A stretch of DNA of 64,000 bases from Rhynchobatus australiae (lineage: Eukaryota). Of the stretch, positions 52,651 through 64,000 are shown in pieces (the stretch's first letter is position 1; each line of letters opens with the position of its first letter). The notes below the pieces were generated by a model, which worked only from the letters and a program-made list of their open reading frames with translations, was not told the DNA's origin and ran no database searches. The stretch covers positions 116,885,934 to 116,949,933 of the forward strand of contig JAUZTB010000001.1 in the NCBI GenBank assembly GCA_034780895.1, read 5' to 3'. Position numbers and translations under genes: made by a program.

Positions 52651-53809
52651 CTTAGATTGCTGTGCAGAATGGCATCAGANNNNNNNNNNNNNNNNNNNNN
52701 NNNNNNNNNNNNNNNNNNNNNNNNNNNNNNNNNNNNNNNNNNNNNNNNNNNNNNNNNNNNNNNNNNNNNNNNNNNNNNNGATCTGATTTATCTGGTTTTA
52801 TACCACTTAATATCTGTTGTATTTTACCTTGAGTGATATTAATTCTTTTATCTTCCTTAGGCACCATGTTCATCTTTATTGTGCCTTTTGCAGTGAGGAT
52901 AGATACAAAATATTTAATTTTCCAGCTATCTTTTACACCCATTATAATTTTTTAACAACTGTTATTTTCTCTGTGGGACACACATTTTTGGCTACTCTCT
53001 TATTTTTATATGTATATAATATATACGTACACACACAGGGCTTCAGAGATTCTTACAATTTGTTTTTAAAACATTTCTTGTTAACTTAATCTTCTATTTT
53101 CTCCCTCCTTACAATGTTTGTTGAAACTCAGTTCTCAGGATTAATTCTCTAACCAACTTATTCTGGATAAATGTAGGCGAGCCATTTGAAAAATGGTAAG
53201 AATCCACAGCATGCAATTGTTCAACATCTGACATTTAACAGACTACTCTTCCAGAGCTCATACTCAGTTGATATTTGGCCTCCACTGTACTTTAGCCAGT
53301 GACCCGGTTTCAATTCCGGCCACTGTCTGTAAGGAGTTTGTACATTGTCCCGCAGGTTTCCTCCGGTTTCCTCCCACATTCCAAAGGCTTATGGGTTAGG
53401 AAGCTGTGGGCATGCTATGTTGGCGCTGGAAGCGTGGTGACACTTGTGGGCTGCCCCCAGAACACTCTACACAAAAGATGCTTTTCACTGTGTNNNNNNN
53501 NNNNNNNNNNNNNNNNNNNNNNNNNNNNNNNNNNNNNNNNNNNNNNNNNNNNNNNNNNNNNNNNNNNNNNNNNNNNNNATTTTATGGCAACATTTGATCC
53601 AAATGTGTTCATTTTTCCTTCTGACATAGAAGGAACTCATTTGGCTCAATGAGTCATTGCTGCCTTTCAGAGAGCAAACCCGCCAATCCCTTTTATTTTG
53701 ATATGATAGTGATAATATGATGACCAAACTTTAAGCAATAAAAAGGAATACAAATAAGAAAACAGATATGATTTAGCTATTGGGAAAAGATTCTTAGTAA
53801 TGCATTTTG

Positions 53810-54592
53810 CAAGATAATGCAAAAGAAGATGCATTTTGGAAAGTCAAACCAGTGTAGGACTTATATTATGAATGGTAGGGCACTAGAAAGTGTAATGGAA
53901 CAGGGGGACCTAGGAGTACAAGTGTATGATTCATTGAAAGCAGCAGCACAGGTAGACAGGGTGTTTAAAAAGGTGTTCAGCATGCTGGCCTTCGTCAGTC
54001 AGGGCATTGAGGTTAGGAGTTGGGACATCATGTTGCAGTTGTACGAGTCGTTGGTGCGATTACACTTGAAGTATTGTGTACAGTTTTGCTCACCCTATCA
54101 CGGAAAAGACTTGATTAAACTGGAAAGAGTGCAGAGAAGATTTATGAGGATGTTGCCAGGACAAAGAAGGTCTAAGGTATAGAGAGAGGTTGGCCAGGCC
54201 AGGTCTTTATTGCTTAGAATGTAGGACCATCAGGGGCGACTTTATAGAAGTGTTTAAAATTATGAGAGGCATAGATAAAGTGGATGGTAACAGTCTTTTC
54301 CGCAGGGTAAGGAAGTCCAAAATTAGGGGGCATAAGTTTAGGGTGAGAGGGGAAAGATTTAAAAGGGACCTGAGGGGCAACTTTTTCACGCAGAAAGTAG
54401 TGAGTAAATGAGACCAGCTACCAGATTAAGACGTTGAGGCAGGTATAATAGTATCATTTAAGAAGCACTTCGATAGAGGGGAGGTGCTTAGAGGGATATG
54501 GGCCAAGTACAGGAAACTGGGACTAGTTGGATGGGCACCATAGCCAGCATGGACTCGTTGGGCTAAAGGACCTGTATTGCTCTATGACTCTC
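53810..54592 (+). mobile_element. CR1 LINE 3' fragment
   Basis: [37 protein letters not shown] and RGHKFRVRGERFKRDLRGNFFTQ. Confidence 0.93.
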
Positions 54593-54952
54593 ATGTATTT
54601 TCTTTCTTCATGAACCACATGCTTTATAAAGCTAGCCATTTGCTTTTCGCAGTTTCAGGCTATGCAAGATCATTCATTGACATACTGATGGAATAATCTT
54701 GAGAGTTTCATTGAGGTTCTCACAATAGGCCATATTAACTTCATCAGAAATTGGATGGAATCCTCTCCTTCTCAGAGTTATCTATACAAATACACAGCTT
54801 AAGCACATACGTAGGTATAGGGTTAAAATAGCTTACTCTAGATAACACATTAAAGCATTAAAACTGTTGGTGATTCAGTCAGTGATAAAACACACTTTTA
54901 AATTCAATTTGTCCCTTTACAAAATTCTCTTACAAAACAGAACTATTCTTAC

Positions 54953-54997
54953 CATCTCCATCAAATCAAGCGGTGTTTGCACAAAAACTGACAACTG
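54953..54997 (-). CDS. AMN: Amnionless exon 3 (QLSVFVQTPLDLMEM)
   Basis: ttttttttgcag acceptor, ATG|gtaaga donor, 45 nt; cf. human MVSVLVQEGHAVSDM. Confidence 0.92.
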
Positions 54998-55084
54998 CTG
55001 CAAAAAAAAGTATAATACAAGTTTATTCAATACTTTCTGAATATAAAATAGAAAAATAAATAAGACGATTATATTTTTACGTAC

Positions 55085-55203
55085 CTTATCTCTAGGAAAT
55101 AGGATTCTGTCATTTTTACAAGGTATTTTCCCCTTGTCCCAGTTGGAGGCATTGTTGAAATTGGTGTCGGGAATCCATTGTCTGTACAAGGCACCTGAAA
55201 CAT
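55085..55203 (-). CDS. AMN: Amnionless exon 2 (xVSGALYRQWIPDTNFNNASNWDKGKIPCKNDRILFPRDK)
   Basis: Matches the AMN WxPxTxFxxAxNW...PC...FP.DK pattern; 119 nt; an alternative in-frame acceptor would start the exon at 55194. Confidence 0.93.
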
Positions 55204-55269
55204 CTTTTATGGGAAAATTAGGAGATAATTGAAAAAAAAGCTACAGAAACTAAGATTCACTAATCAAGT

Positions 55270-55620
55270 TTAGCAGTGATGCAGCTGGTAAAGTTGTTGC
55301 CTCGTGGCTCCAGCACCCAGGGTAAATCCTGACCTCCAATGCTACTTGTCTGGAGATACACACTCTCCCTGTAGCTGCATGAATTTCGTCCAGATGCTCC
55401 ATCTTCCTCCCACCTCCCTAAGACATGCAAATTGGTGTGCTATTTGGCCACTGTAAATTGCCCCTGGTATGTAGGCAAGGGGTGGCACCTGAAGGGAGTT
55501 GATGGGGATGGGGGGAAAGAATAAAAAGGGGTTAGTGTAGGATTAGTGTAAATGGGTGCTAGGTGGTCCATGCAGACTCATTGGGCCAAAGGGCCTGTTT
55601 CATTACTGTTTGACTCTAGG
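55270..55620 (+). mobile_element. V-SINE/HE1-like SINE with a CR1-like tail
   Basis: tcttcctcccacctcccta..., ggccactgtaaattgccc, tail gggccaaagggcctgtttc. Confidence 0.75.
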
Positions 55621-56549
55621 ACATCAGGTAAAGTCAGAGCAGGTGCTTGCTGCTGTTCATGATTGGTGCATTAGTAGAATTTAATGAAAGTGAAGGAGGG
55701 TATCCAACCCATTGAATTCCTCCATGTATAGAAAAGAATATTTTGTCAATCACAGAACTCGGAAGATCATGCCAGGCATTATTTTTTTTTCGTGGAATTG
55801 GTTCCCAAGGTGATTCCTGAATTTGTCTTTGTGACCAGGTTATGCACATGTCCCCTTGTCTCCAGACATGGCTTAATCCAATAATCCTCAAGTTAAATTT
55901 CCATTTCACCTCATGGACATGAATTTCCACACTTATGCTGTACTGAAATGACACTGACATTCAAATGTAGAAAACAAAATGCTACCCCCCTCTGAACTCC
56001 TCCACTAGAAATGGTAGAGGAAGTAGAAATAAAAGCTATTTTCAAAAGGGCATTGGATAATTTTTCTTCTAATGGTAAATGATCTGGGAGATAGACAGTT
56101 GTATAGCTATGCTAAATACAGTGGGTTTTATCTCATGTATGAGTTTTATAAACTACTGCTTATACAGAGAACAAAACTCAAGATTTTGCGAGGAGAGAAG
56201 TTTTAAATGGTTTTTGGAACTGACGTTCTAGAAGTGAATGAAGTTTTGCAGTTACCATTTACTTTTAATGTGACTTTGATCTTCTAGGTTCCTTCGCCGT
56301 CCATTGTAAAAAAGCTGCTTGCTAGCAGTAGTTGCACGGTTAATTTGACGACTAACAAGAACTGACTGCTGGGTATTTACAGGCAACAGGGACTTACTTC
56401 AGTCCTTGAATTTTCAATTAGTTCTAAACACATTAGCCAACATACAGAGTCCAGTTCTATAAGGTACTACTTCTACAGAGAACATGTTTTTTTGTGAGCA
56501 GCAGAATCCGATGGAACGGGAAAGAGGTACTGTTCTGAATTTAACCACT

Positions 56550-57110
56550 TATTCTTGACATTTAATGGCATTACACTTAACAAGCCCATCACCATCAACT
56601 GATCAGTGGAAGTCACCACTAACCAGAAACTCAACTGTACTGGTCACTTAAATATTGTGGCTACAAGAGAAGGTCAGAAGCTGGGTATCCTGTGGCAAGG
56701 TGACTCAGCCCCTAACACCCCAAAGTCTTTCCACACCATCTAACAAGGCAAAAGTTTGGAGCATGATGGAATTATCTTTACTTGCCTGGATGGTACAATT
56801 CCAATAACACTCAAGAAACTTGATTCCATCCAGGAACAACATAGCCCATTTGATTGGTAATCCATTCACCACCCTAAACATTCATTTCCTCCACCAACAG
56901 GGCACAATGACTGTAGTGTATCCTTTGCAAAATACACTGCAGTTCCTTGACAGTTTACTCTATCACCTCCTGAACCTCTATCACCATGACTACGGCTTCA
57001 GGTACATGGGGAACACCAGCATTGGTAGGTTACCCTCCAAGTCACAGGCCATCCTCACTTGGAAACTTAACACCAGTACCTCATTGATACTGCGTCTAAA
57101 TTCTGGAACT
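56550..57110 (+). mobile_element. CR1/L2-clade LINE 3' fragment (family of 10460-11800, opposite orientation)
   Basis: accagaaactcaactg, aggtcagaagctgggtatcctg and gatggaattatcttttacttgcctggatg. Confidence 0.7.
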
Positions 57111-57184
57111 GAGCATAGATTTTAAAAAAGCAGAAAATCGGAACTGGAAATGTAAGATAGAAGACTGGATTTCAGTTTCTATGA

Positions 57185-58200
57185 CTGAAGGACTCGTGCC
57201 CGAGGATTGGAAGTGTGTTAATGTTGTTTTGTTGCTTAAAATGTGGAAGGAATAAATGAAGTCATTCCAGGTTAATTAGCTTAAATTACTGAGATCAATT
57301 CATAGGGACAGTATAAATCATTTTGAAAGGCATAGATAAATAAGGATTAGTCAGCATGAACTTAAGGAGAGGTCAGTACAGTAGGCTGTACAATGGTAGT
57401 GCTGTTGCCTCACAGTTCCAGCAACCTGGGTTCAATCCTGCCCTCCACAGCTGTCAGCATGGAGTCTGCATGTTCTCCCTGCAACCACGTGGGTTTTCCT
57501 TGGCTATTCTGGTTTGTAAAGAAATGCGGTTGGTTAATTTGTTACTGTAAATTATCCCTTGTGTAGATGGGTGGCAAGAGATGGGCACTTGAGAGAGAAT
57601 AGGTTGTAGGGAAATAAATGGGCAAATGGGATTGATGGATACTGGCATAAACTCAATGGGATGAATGGCCTCTTTATATTTTGCAAAAGGTATGAAATAA
57701 TATGAAGTATGAATTGAAGGTCCTGTGTCATTAATTCAATTGAATCTTTTGAAGAGATAACAAGTTCAATGAGGGTGGTGCACTTGATGTGGTCCATATG
57801 GATTTAAGCAAGGCTTTTCACAAAACCCCATGTAGCAGGCTGGACAGAAAGGTAGAAAACCATGGTAACCAATGGAGAGTGAGAAACTGGATCCAAAATT
57901 AATTTGGAGGCAGGAAGCACAGGATAATGTTTGATGGAAGTTTCTGTGATTGGAAGCATGTTTTCAGTGGGGCTCCACAGAGCTCATTACTTTATCCCTT
58001 TTTGTCACACATATTAACGATTTAGACTTTAATGGGGCTACAATAAAGGAATTTGTGGATGATACATAAAAATGACTATATCGTTGGCAGTGAGGAAGAA
58101 AGCTTCAGTCTAGTCAGTTGGGTAGAAAAGTGGCAAATGGAATTTAATCTCAAGAAGTGTGAGATTTCTGCATTTGGGGAGAAGCAACAAGGCAAGGGAA
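57185..58200 (+). mobile_element. CR1 LINE fragment interrupted by a V-SINE-like SINE (~57375-57715)
   Basis: SQH...RS before the SINE and C.INSIESFEEI after it; KWQMEFNLKKCE at ~58130. Confidence 0.8.
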
Positions 58201-59340
58201 TATGCAATAAACAGGGCTCTGGACCTACAGCTAAGGTGGGATTAATGTGGCTAGCTCTTCTTTAGCCAGCACCAACGTCTTTAGATATTGCAAATTTTCC
58301 ACAATTCTATGACAGAGGGGTGACTAAGTGAATAATTCCTTCAGAGATCCAACAGATGCAACATAGCCTGACAATGCTGGATAATTCTTTGTGGCTCAAA
58401 AACTGTCAGCACAATAACACTCCCCTAACTAATCCTAATTTCTTCTCTTGTTTCAGTTAGTTAGATGTCAGACCTGGTTAATGGTAGCACCCTTTCCTTT
58501 GAGCTAAAAGGCTGAGGGCATAATATTCTTGCCGGAGACTCGAGCACAGCATCTGGGTCAACTAATTTACCTGCACTGATGCAGTGCTACACTGCTGGAG
58601 CTGCTATTTTTCAGATGAATCGGAGTCCCATCTAACCTGATGGATCTGAAATGCCTCAAGGCCCAATTCCAAAGAGGAGTATGAAAGTTTTGCCCCCAGT
58701 TGCTTGGCTAAACTTTATTCCTCAACCACCATCTTCAAAATAGAACATTCTGTCATTTACCTCATTGTTGTTTGTGGGATATTGCTGTGCACAGATTGGT
58801 TACTGCAAATTCTCTGATGCAATACCAGAGAAGTGTTNNNNNNNNNNNNNNNNNNNNNNNNNNNNNNNNNNNNNNNNNNNNNNNNNNNNNNNNNNNNNNN
58901 NNNNNNNNNNNNNNNNNNNNNNNNNNNNNNNNNNNNNNNNNNNNNNNNNNNNNNNNNNNNNNNNNNNNNNNNNNNNNNNNNNNNNNNNNNNNNNNNNNNN
59001 NNNNNNNNNNNNNNNNNNNNNNNNNNNNNNNNNNNNNNNNNNNNNNNNNNNNNNNNNNNNNNNNNNNNNNNNNNNNNNNNNNNNNNNNNNNNNNNNNNNN
59101 NNNNNNNNNNNNNNNNNNNNNNNNNNNNNNNNNNNNNNNNNNNNNNNNNNNNNNNNNNNNNNNNNNNNNNNNNNNNNNNNNNNNNNNNNNNNNNNNNNNN
59201 NNNNNNNNNNNNNNNNNNNNNNNNNNNNNNNNNNNNNNNNNNNNNNNNNNNNNNNNNNNNNNNNNNNNNNNNNNNNNNNNNNNNNNNNNNNNNNNNNNNN
59301 NNNNNNNNNNNNNNNNNNNNNNNNNNNNNNNNNNNNNNNN

Positions 59341-59790
59341 GGCATAATATTGGCAAGATCAGGAGTAAATTTAAGTTATTCCTCTACATGCAGAATGAGA
59401 GAGAATTTGGATCTCTCTTTTGCTAATGGCGATTTATAGCAAATCAATTGCTGATTGAAAGATTTTTGTTAATTACCATACCATAAAAAAAACAGATCAG
59501 TTATCCTTTGCAAAGAGAATTCCAATCTTGTGAATTGGCACACCCGCCCCAATCAAGGATTTTTTTCTCATTTTGGCATGCAATTCAATTACTTTCTCCT
59601 GTACTACTCGTTCAAATACTAGAGTTACCATAGAAGGCATGACTTACGGAATAGCAGACTGAAGATAAAGTTTGCTGACCACATGTTGCTTTACCAACAA
59701 GAATGTTCCCTCGGTTGTTTTGCAATTTTCATTTGCAGTTTACAGTAAACTTTGAACTGCCTGTGGTGGAAATATCACGTGAAGTAATTG
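59341..59790 (-). promoter_or_regulatory. Candidate AMN core/proximal promoter and start codon
   Basis: - strand TATAAA at 59438-59433, GC box 59543-59550, CCAAT motifs at 59522, 59534 and 59549, DR1-like AGTTCAAAGTTTA 59758-59746; ATG at 59345 reading into the N gap. Confidence 0.5.
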
Positions 59791-61499
59791 CAGCAGTTAA
59801 CCAGTAATGAAGCACAGTGCCTAGTAACATGTTAATCTTTTCTTAAGTTTCTCTTTCATCTGCCTCTTCTGACGGTCTCAAATCAGACAGAAATACAGTT
59901 CAGAGGTGCAGCCACCCAGTGCATGAGACCCTCAGTCAGCCAGGTATTCCGTGACTTCAAAATTCTGACGGGAGATAACGTTAACTCTCATTTTCTTTCT
60001 GCACTGGTTCCACCTCATCTGCTGAGCATTTCCAGCTTTTCCTGTTTAATATTTTTTAGATCACTGCTGATCAGAGTGATTAGCAAAAGAACATTTGCCA
60101 TTTCAGATGGCCAATGTTTTCAGATAGCTGCNNNNNNNNNNNNNNNNNNNNNNNNNNNNNNNNNNNNNNNNNNNNNNNNNNNNNNNNCCTCATGAATTCA
60201 CCAACTACTGCTCGGTTTCCATTTCTTCGAACTCCAGCCTCTGGCTCCTCCGAGTGTAATTCACAATTCAGTGGCCAGTTGGTTTAGGGTTGAGTACATG
60301 TGAGAATATCCAACCTCATTTTAAAGAGGATCATTGTTGCCGGCAAGTGGAGATTTAAAAAAAATTCATTCTTCCTGGTGCAGGTACTGCTGGCAAGTCG
60401 CTATTTATTGCTTAGCCTAATTTCCCTCAAGATGACTGTGGCAAGCTTCCTTCTGGAATCAGTACAGTCCCTCTGTAATAAGGTACCTCACTGTGCTGTT
60501 AGGTAGGGAGTTCCAGGACTAAATCCAACAACAATGAAGAAACAGGACAGTGTGTGACTTGGAGGGAAACCTGCAGGTGCTGGTGTTTCCCTGCACCTCC
60601 TGTTCTTGTCCTTCTTGGTGGTGGAGAGGTTTGGGAGGTGATGCCAGAGTAGCCCAGGTGAGTAACTGCAGTGCATTCTTACCTCCGTAGCACTATCCAA
60701 CTCTGCATATTTCCTATTGAAACCCTCAGCCATGCTATTATTACTCTTGACCAGAGTTGATTTCCAACCTTATACTCTGCTCAAATTTGAAATTTATCAT
60801 TAATCTTATCAGAGTGTATGCTGCATTAATTCTAGTACATAAATAACGTGGATCTGCTGCCCCTNNNNNNNNNNCTGTTTGCCCATCACCCTCTATACAT
60901 GGCAACATATCCTGGCTCCCATGTAAGCAACAACTTTATTAAGTTTTCTTCTTCATTTTCAAACCCTGCTGCTGCTTTGCCCCTCCTTTATACTGTTATC
61001 ACTTCCAGCCCAAGAGATATCAGTGTTTTGCTAATTCTGGCCTCGAGTATCCCCAATTTTAGTTACTCCACGACTTATAGCTGAAGGTTTAAAGCTCAAG
61101 TTCAACTATAATCCTTACTGCTATCCACCATTCTCAACCTTTAAGACACTGTTTAAAACTTCTCTATTTGCCCTAATATTTCAAACATGTTACATATAGT
61201 TCCTGCATGGTACATTTTACCACATTAAAAGCAATTTTTAAATGCAAGTCGGTGATAATCTGATATAGTAGAGAAGGAAGTTAGTTGTACTTGTGTCAGT
61301 TACTTCCTCTTAGCTATCTAAGTATTGTTTCATTAAGTTGTCTTTCATGCATGTGATACAAGTGATACAAAGGCACGAAAGGAAGAGTGAATAAGATATA
61401 GAATGGTCTTCATCGCAAAATCTGCAGAGGCATTCAAAAGACGGTGGTGGGTTCCCTTCGGTCTTTATGGAAGGGTGAGCCAGTTGGGTTGAATGGATC

Positions 61500-63925
61500 C
61501 TCTCATCTGATCATAAATGACAATGGGTAGTGGTGGTGGAGTGTTTTTTCTGACTGAAAGTCTGGGACCAGTTGTTGTGCTAGGACCTCCTGTTTGTAAT
61601 ATATTGGTAACTAGTTTATTAATCACATGTATGAAGATAAAGTGAAAAGCTTTGCATGCCATCCAGACAGATCCTTCCTTTCACAAGTACAGAGAGCTAG
61701 TACAGAGGGAAAAGCAATAACAGAATGCAGAATATAGTGTAACAGTTACAGAGAAACTGCAGTGCTAGTCGTCAAATAAGGTGCAAGGGCCATGATGAGA
61801 TAGATTGAGAGATCAGGAGTTCTTTGTTGTGTCCATTCAAGAGTCTTACAACAGTGGTATAGAAGCTGTCCTTGAGCCAGATGGTACATGTTCTTAAGAT
61901 TTTGTATCTTCTGCCTGATGGAAGGGGGGAGGAGAGAGAATGACTGAGGTAGGAAGGGCCTTTGATTATGTTGGCTGCTTTCCCATGCCAGCAGGAAGTA
62001 CAGAGTCAATGGAGCGAAGGCTGGCTTTCGTGATAGACTGGGTTGCGTTCACAATTTTCTGCAATTTTTTTGCGGTCTTGGCAGAGCAGTTGCCATACCA
62101 AGCTGTGATGCATGAAAATGTAGGTTGGAAATCAGCTGGAAATTTCAGCAGTGAAATGGCAGATGGAGTTTAGTCTGAGGTGATGCAGTTTGGGAGGTCA
62201 ATTGCAAGAGGAAGTCCACAGTATATGGCAGGATCCTTTGGACTAGAGTCATAGTGTTATATATGGCATGGAAACAGGCCCTTCAGCCCAACAGGTCCAT
62301 ACCGAACAAGATGCTGCCTNNNNNNNNNNNNNNNNNNNNNNNNNNNNNNNNNNNNNNNNNNNNNNNNNNNNNNNNNNNNNNNNNNNNNNNNNNNNNNNNN
62401 NNNNNNNNNNNNNNNNNNNNNNNNNNNNNNNNNNNNNNNNNNNNNNNNNNNNNNNNNNNNNNNNAAGTTGCCTCTCAGGTTGCTATTAAATCTCTAGCCT
62501 CTCATCCTAAACCTATGTCCTCTAGTTCTTGATTCCCCAACTCTGGGAAAAAGACTGGGTGCACTCAAACGTCATGATTTTATACACCTCTATAAGATCA
62601 CCTCTCAGTCTCCTACACTTTGAGGAATAAAGTCCTAGCCTGTCCGATCTCTCCCTGTAACTCACCACTTCCCCCAAGTGCTGGCAGCATCCTTGTACAT
62701 CTTTTCTGCACTCTTTCCAGTTTAATAACATCTTTCCCTATAGCAGGGTGACCAAAGTTGAACACGATACTCCAAGTGTGGCCTCACCAGCGTCCTGTAC
62801 ATCTGCATCATAACCTCTCAAGTTTTATACTCAATGCCCTGACTTAAGACCAATGTGCCAAAAACCTTCTTCACCACCCTGTCTACCTGTGGGTCCACTT
62901 TCAGCGAATCATGTACTGTTCTCCAAGGTCCCTCTGTTCTACAATACTCCCCAGGATACTGCCCTTCACTGTGAAAGTCCTACCTGGATTTGACTTTCCA
63001 AAATGTAACAGCTCGCACTTATCTGAATTAAACTCCATTTGCCATTCCTCGGCCCACTTACTCAGCCGATCAAGATCCTCCTGTAGTTTTTGATAACCTT
63101 CTTCACTGTTGATGATAACACCCATTTTAGTGTCATCTACAAACTTACTATGCCCTGTATTTCTTATCCAAATCGTTGTTATAGATGGCAAACAATGGGC
63201 CCAGCACCAATCCCCGAGGCACAGCATTAGTCATAGGCCTCTAATATGAGAGACATTTCACCGTCACCCTCTGCTTTCTACCATCAAGCCAATTATGAGT
63301 TCAATTAGCCAGTTATTCCTGGATTCCATGCCATCCAGCCTTCCAGAGCAGCCTACCATGTGGAATTTTATCAAAGGCCTTAATGAAGTCCATATAAACC
63401 ACGTCTACCACCTTGCCCTCATCAACTTTCTCAGTCACATCGTCAAAAAATTCAATCACGTTTGTAAGACATGATTTCCCATGCACAAAGCCATACTGAC
63501 TACCCCTAATCAACCCATCTTTCTAGATGTACATACATCTTATCCCTCAGAATCCTCTCCAGTAACTTACCTACCACAGATGTTGGACTTAAGACACAAG
63601 ATCATTAATGTACAGGCAGTGCAAGTGCATAGCTTCCTGAAAGTGACAACACAAGTGGATAGAGTGGTAAAGAAGGCACGTGGCATGCTGGCCTTCACCA
63701 GTCAGGGAACTGAGTAAAGAAGTTGGGAAATAATGTTGTTGCTGCATAAAATTTTGGTTACATCACATTTGGAGTATTATGTGCAGTTCTGGTTGCCCCA
63801 TTATAGGAAAGATGTGGAAGCTTTGGAAAGGGTACAAAACCAGTTCATCAGTATGTTGCCTGGATTGGAGTATATTAGCCATGAGGGTTTGTTCGTACCT
63901 GGATTGTTTTCTCTGGAGCAGAGAT
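61500..63925. mobile_element. Nested LINE cluster: + strand CR1 interrupted by two - strand LINE insertions
   Basis: - strand SQYGFVHGKSCLTNVIEFFDDVTEKVDEG and SKFVDDTK (62480-63540); + strand [24 protein letters not shown] (63733-63927). Confidence 0.88.
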
Positions 63926-64000
63926 AATTAAAATAGTTTACAGATATCAACATTGGACTGGAATGGAAGGACATTTATGATATTTTACAACTACACAAAA

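Noticed and set aside
58757-59439. Long ORFs of ~180-220 aa (also 9805-10492, 31242-31691, 34916-35368)
   Set aside because: Consist mostly of X from N runs

Overview
Vertebrate nuclear DNA from a gapped draft assembly. The repeat content (CR1 LINEs, V-/Deu-type SINEs, Penelope relics) points to a cartilaginous fish (inference). The + strand carries the last 15 coding exons of CDC42BPB/MRCK-beta (643-19002; C1, PH, CNH, CRIB and C-terminus), including a GC-AG intron. The - strand carries exons 2-12 of amnionless (AMN, 55203-29623), convergent with CDC42BPB as in human. AMN exon 1 is probably hidden in the N gap at 58838-59340, just downstream of a promoter-like motif cluster. The most unexpected signal lies between the two genes: a phase-consistent, - strand spliced ORF (55-nt signal-peptide exon, 27-nt micro-exon, 269-nt terminal exon) that could encode an unrecognised ~116-aa secreted protein. 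It is unverified. Exon boundaries were read by hand; repeat boundaries are approximate and comparisons to human proteins are from memory.
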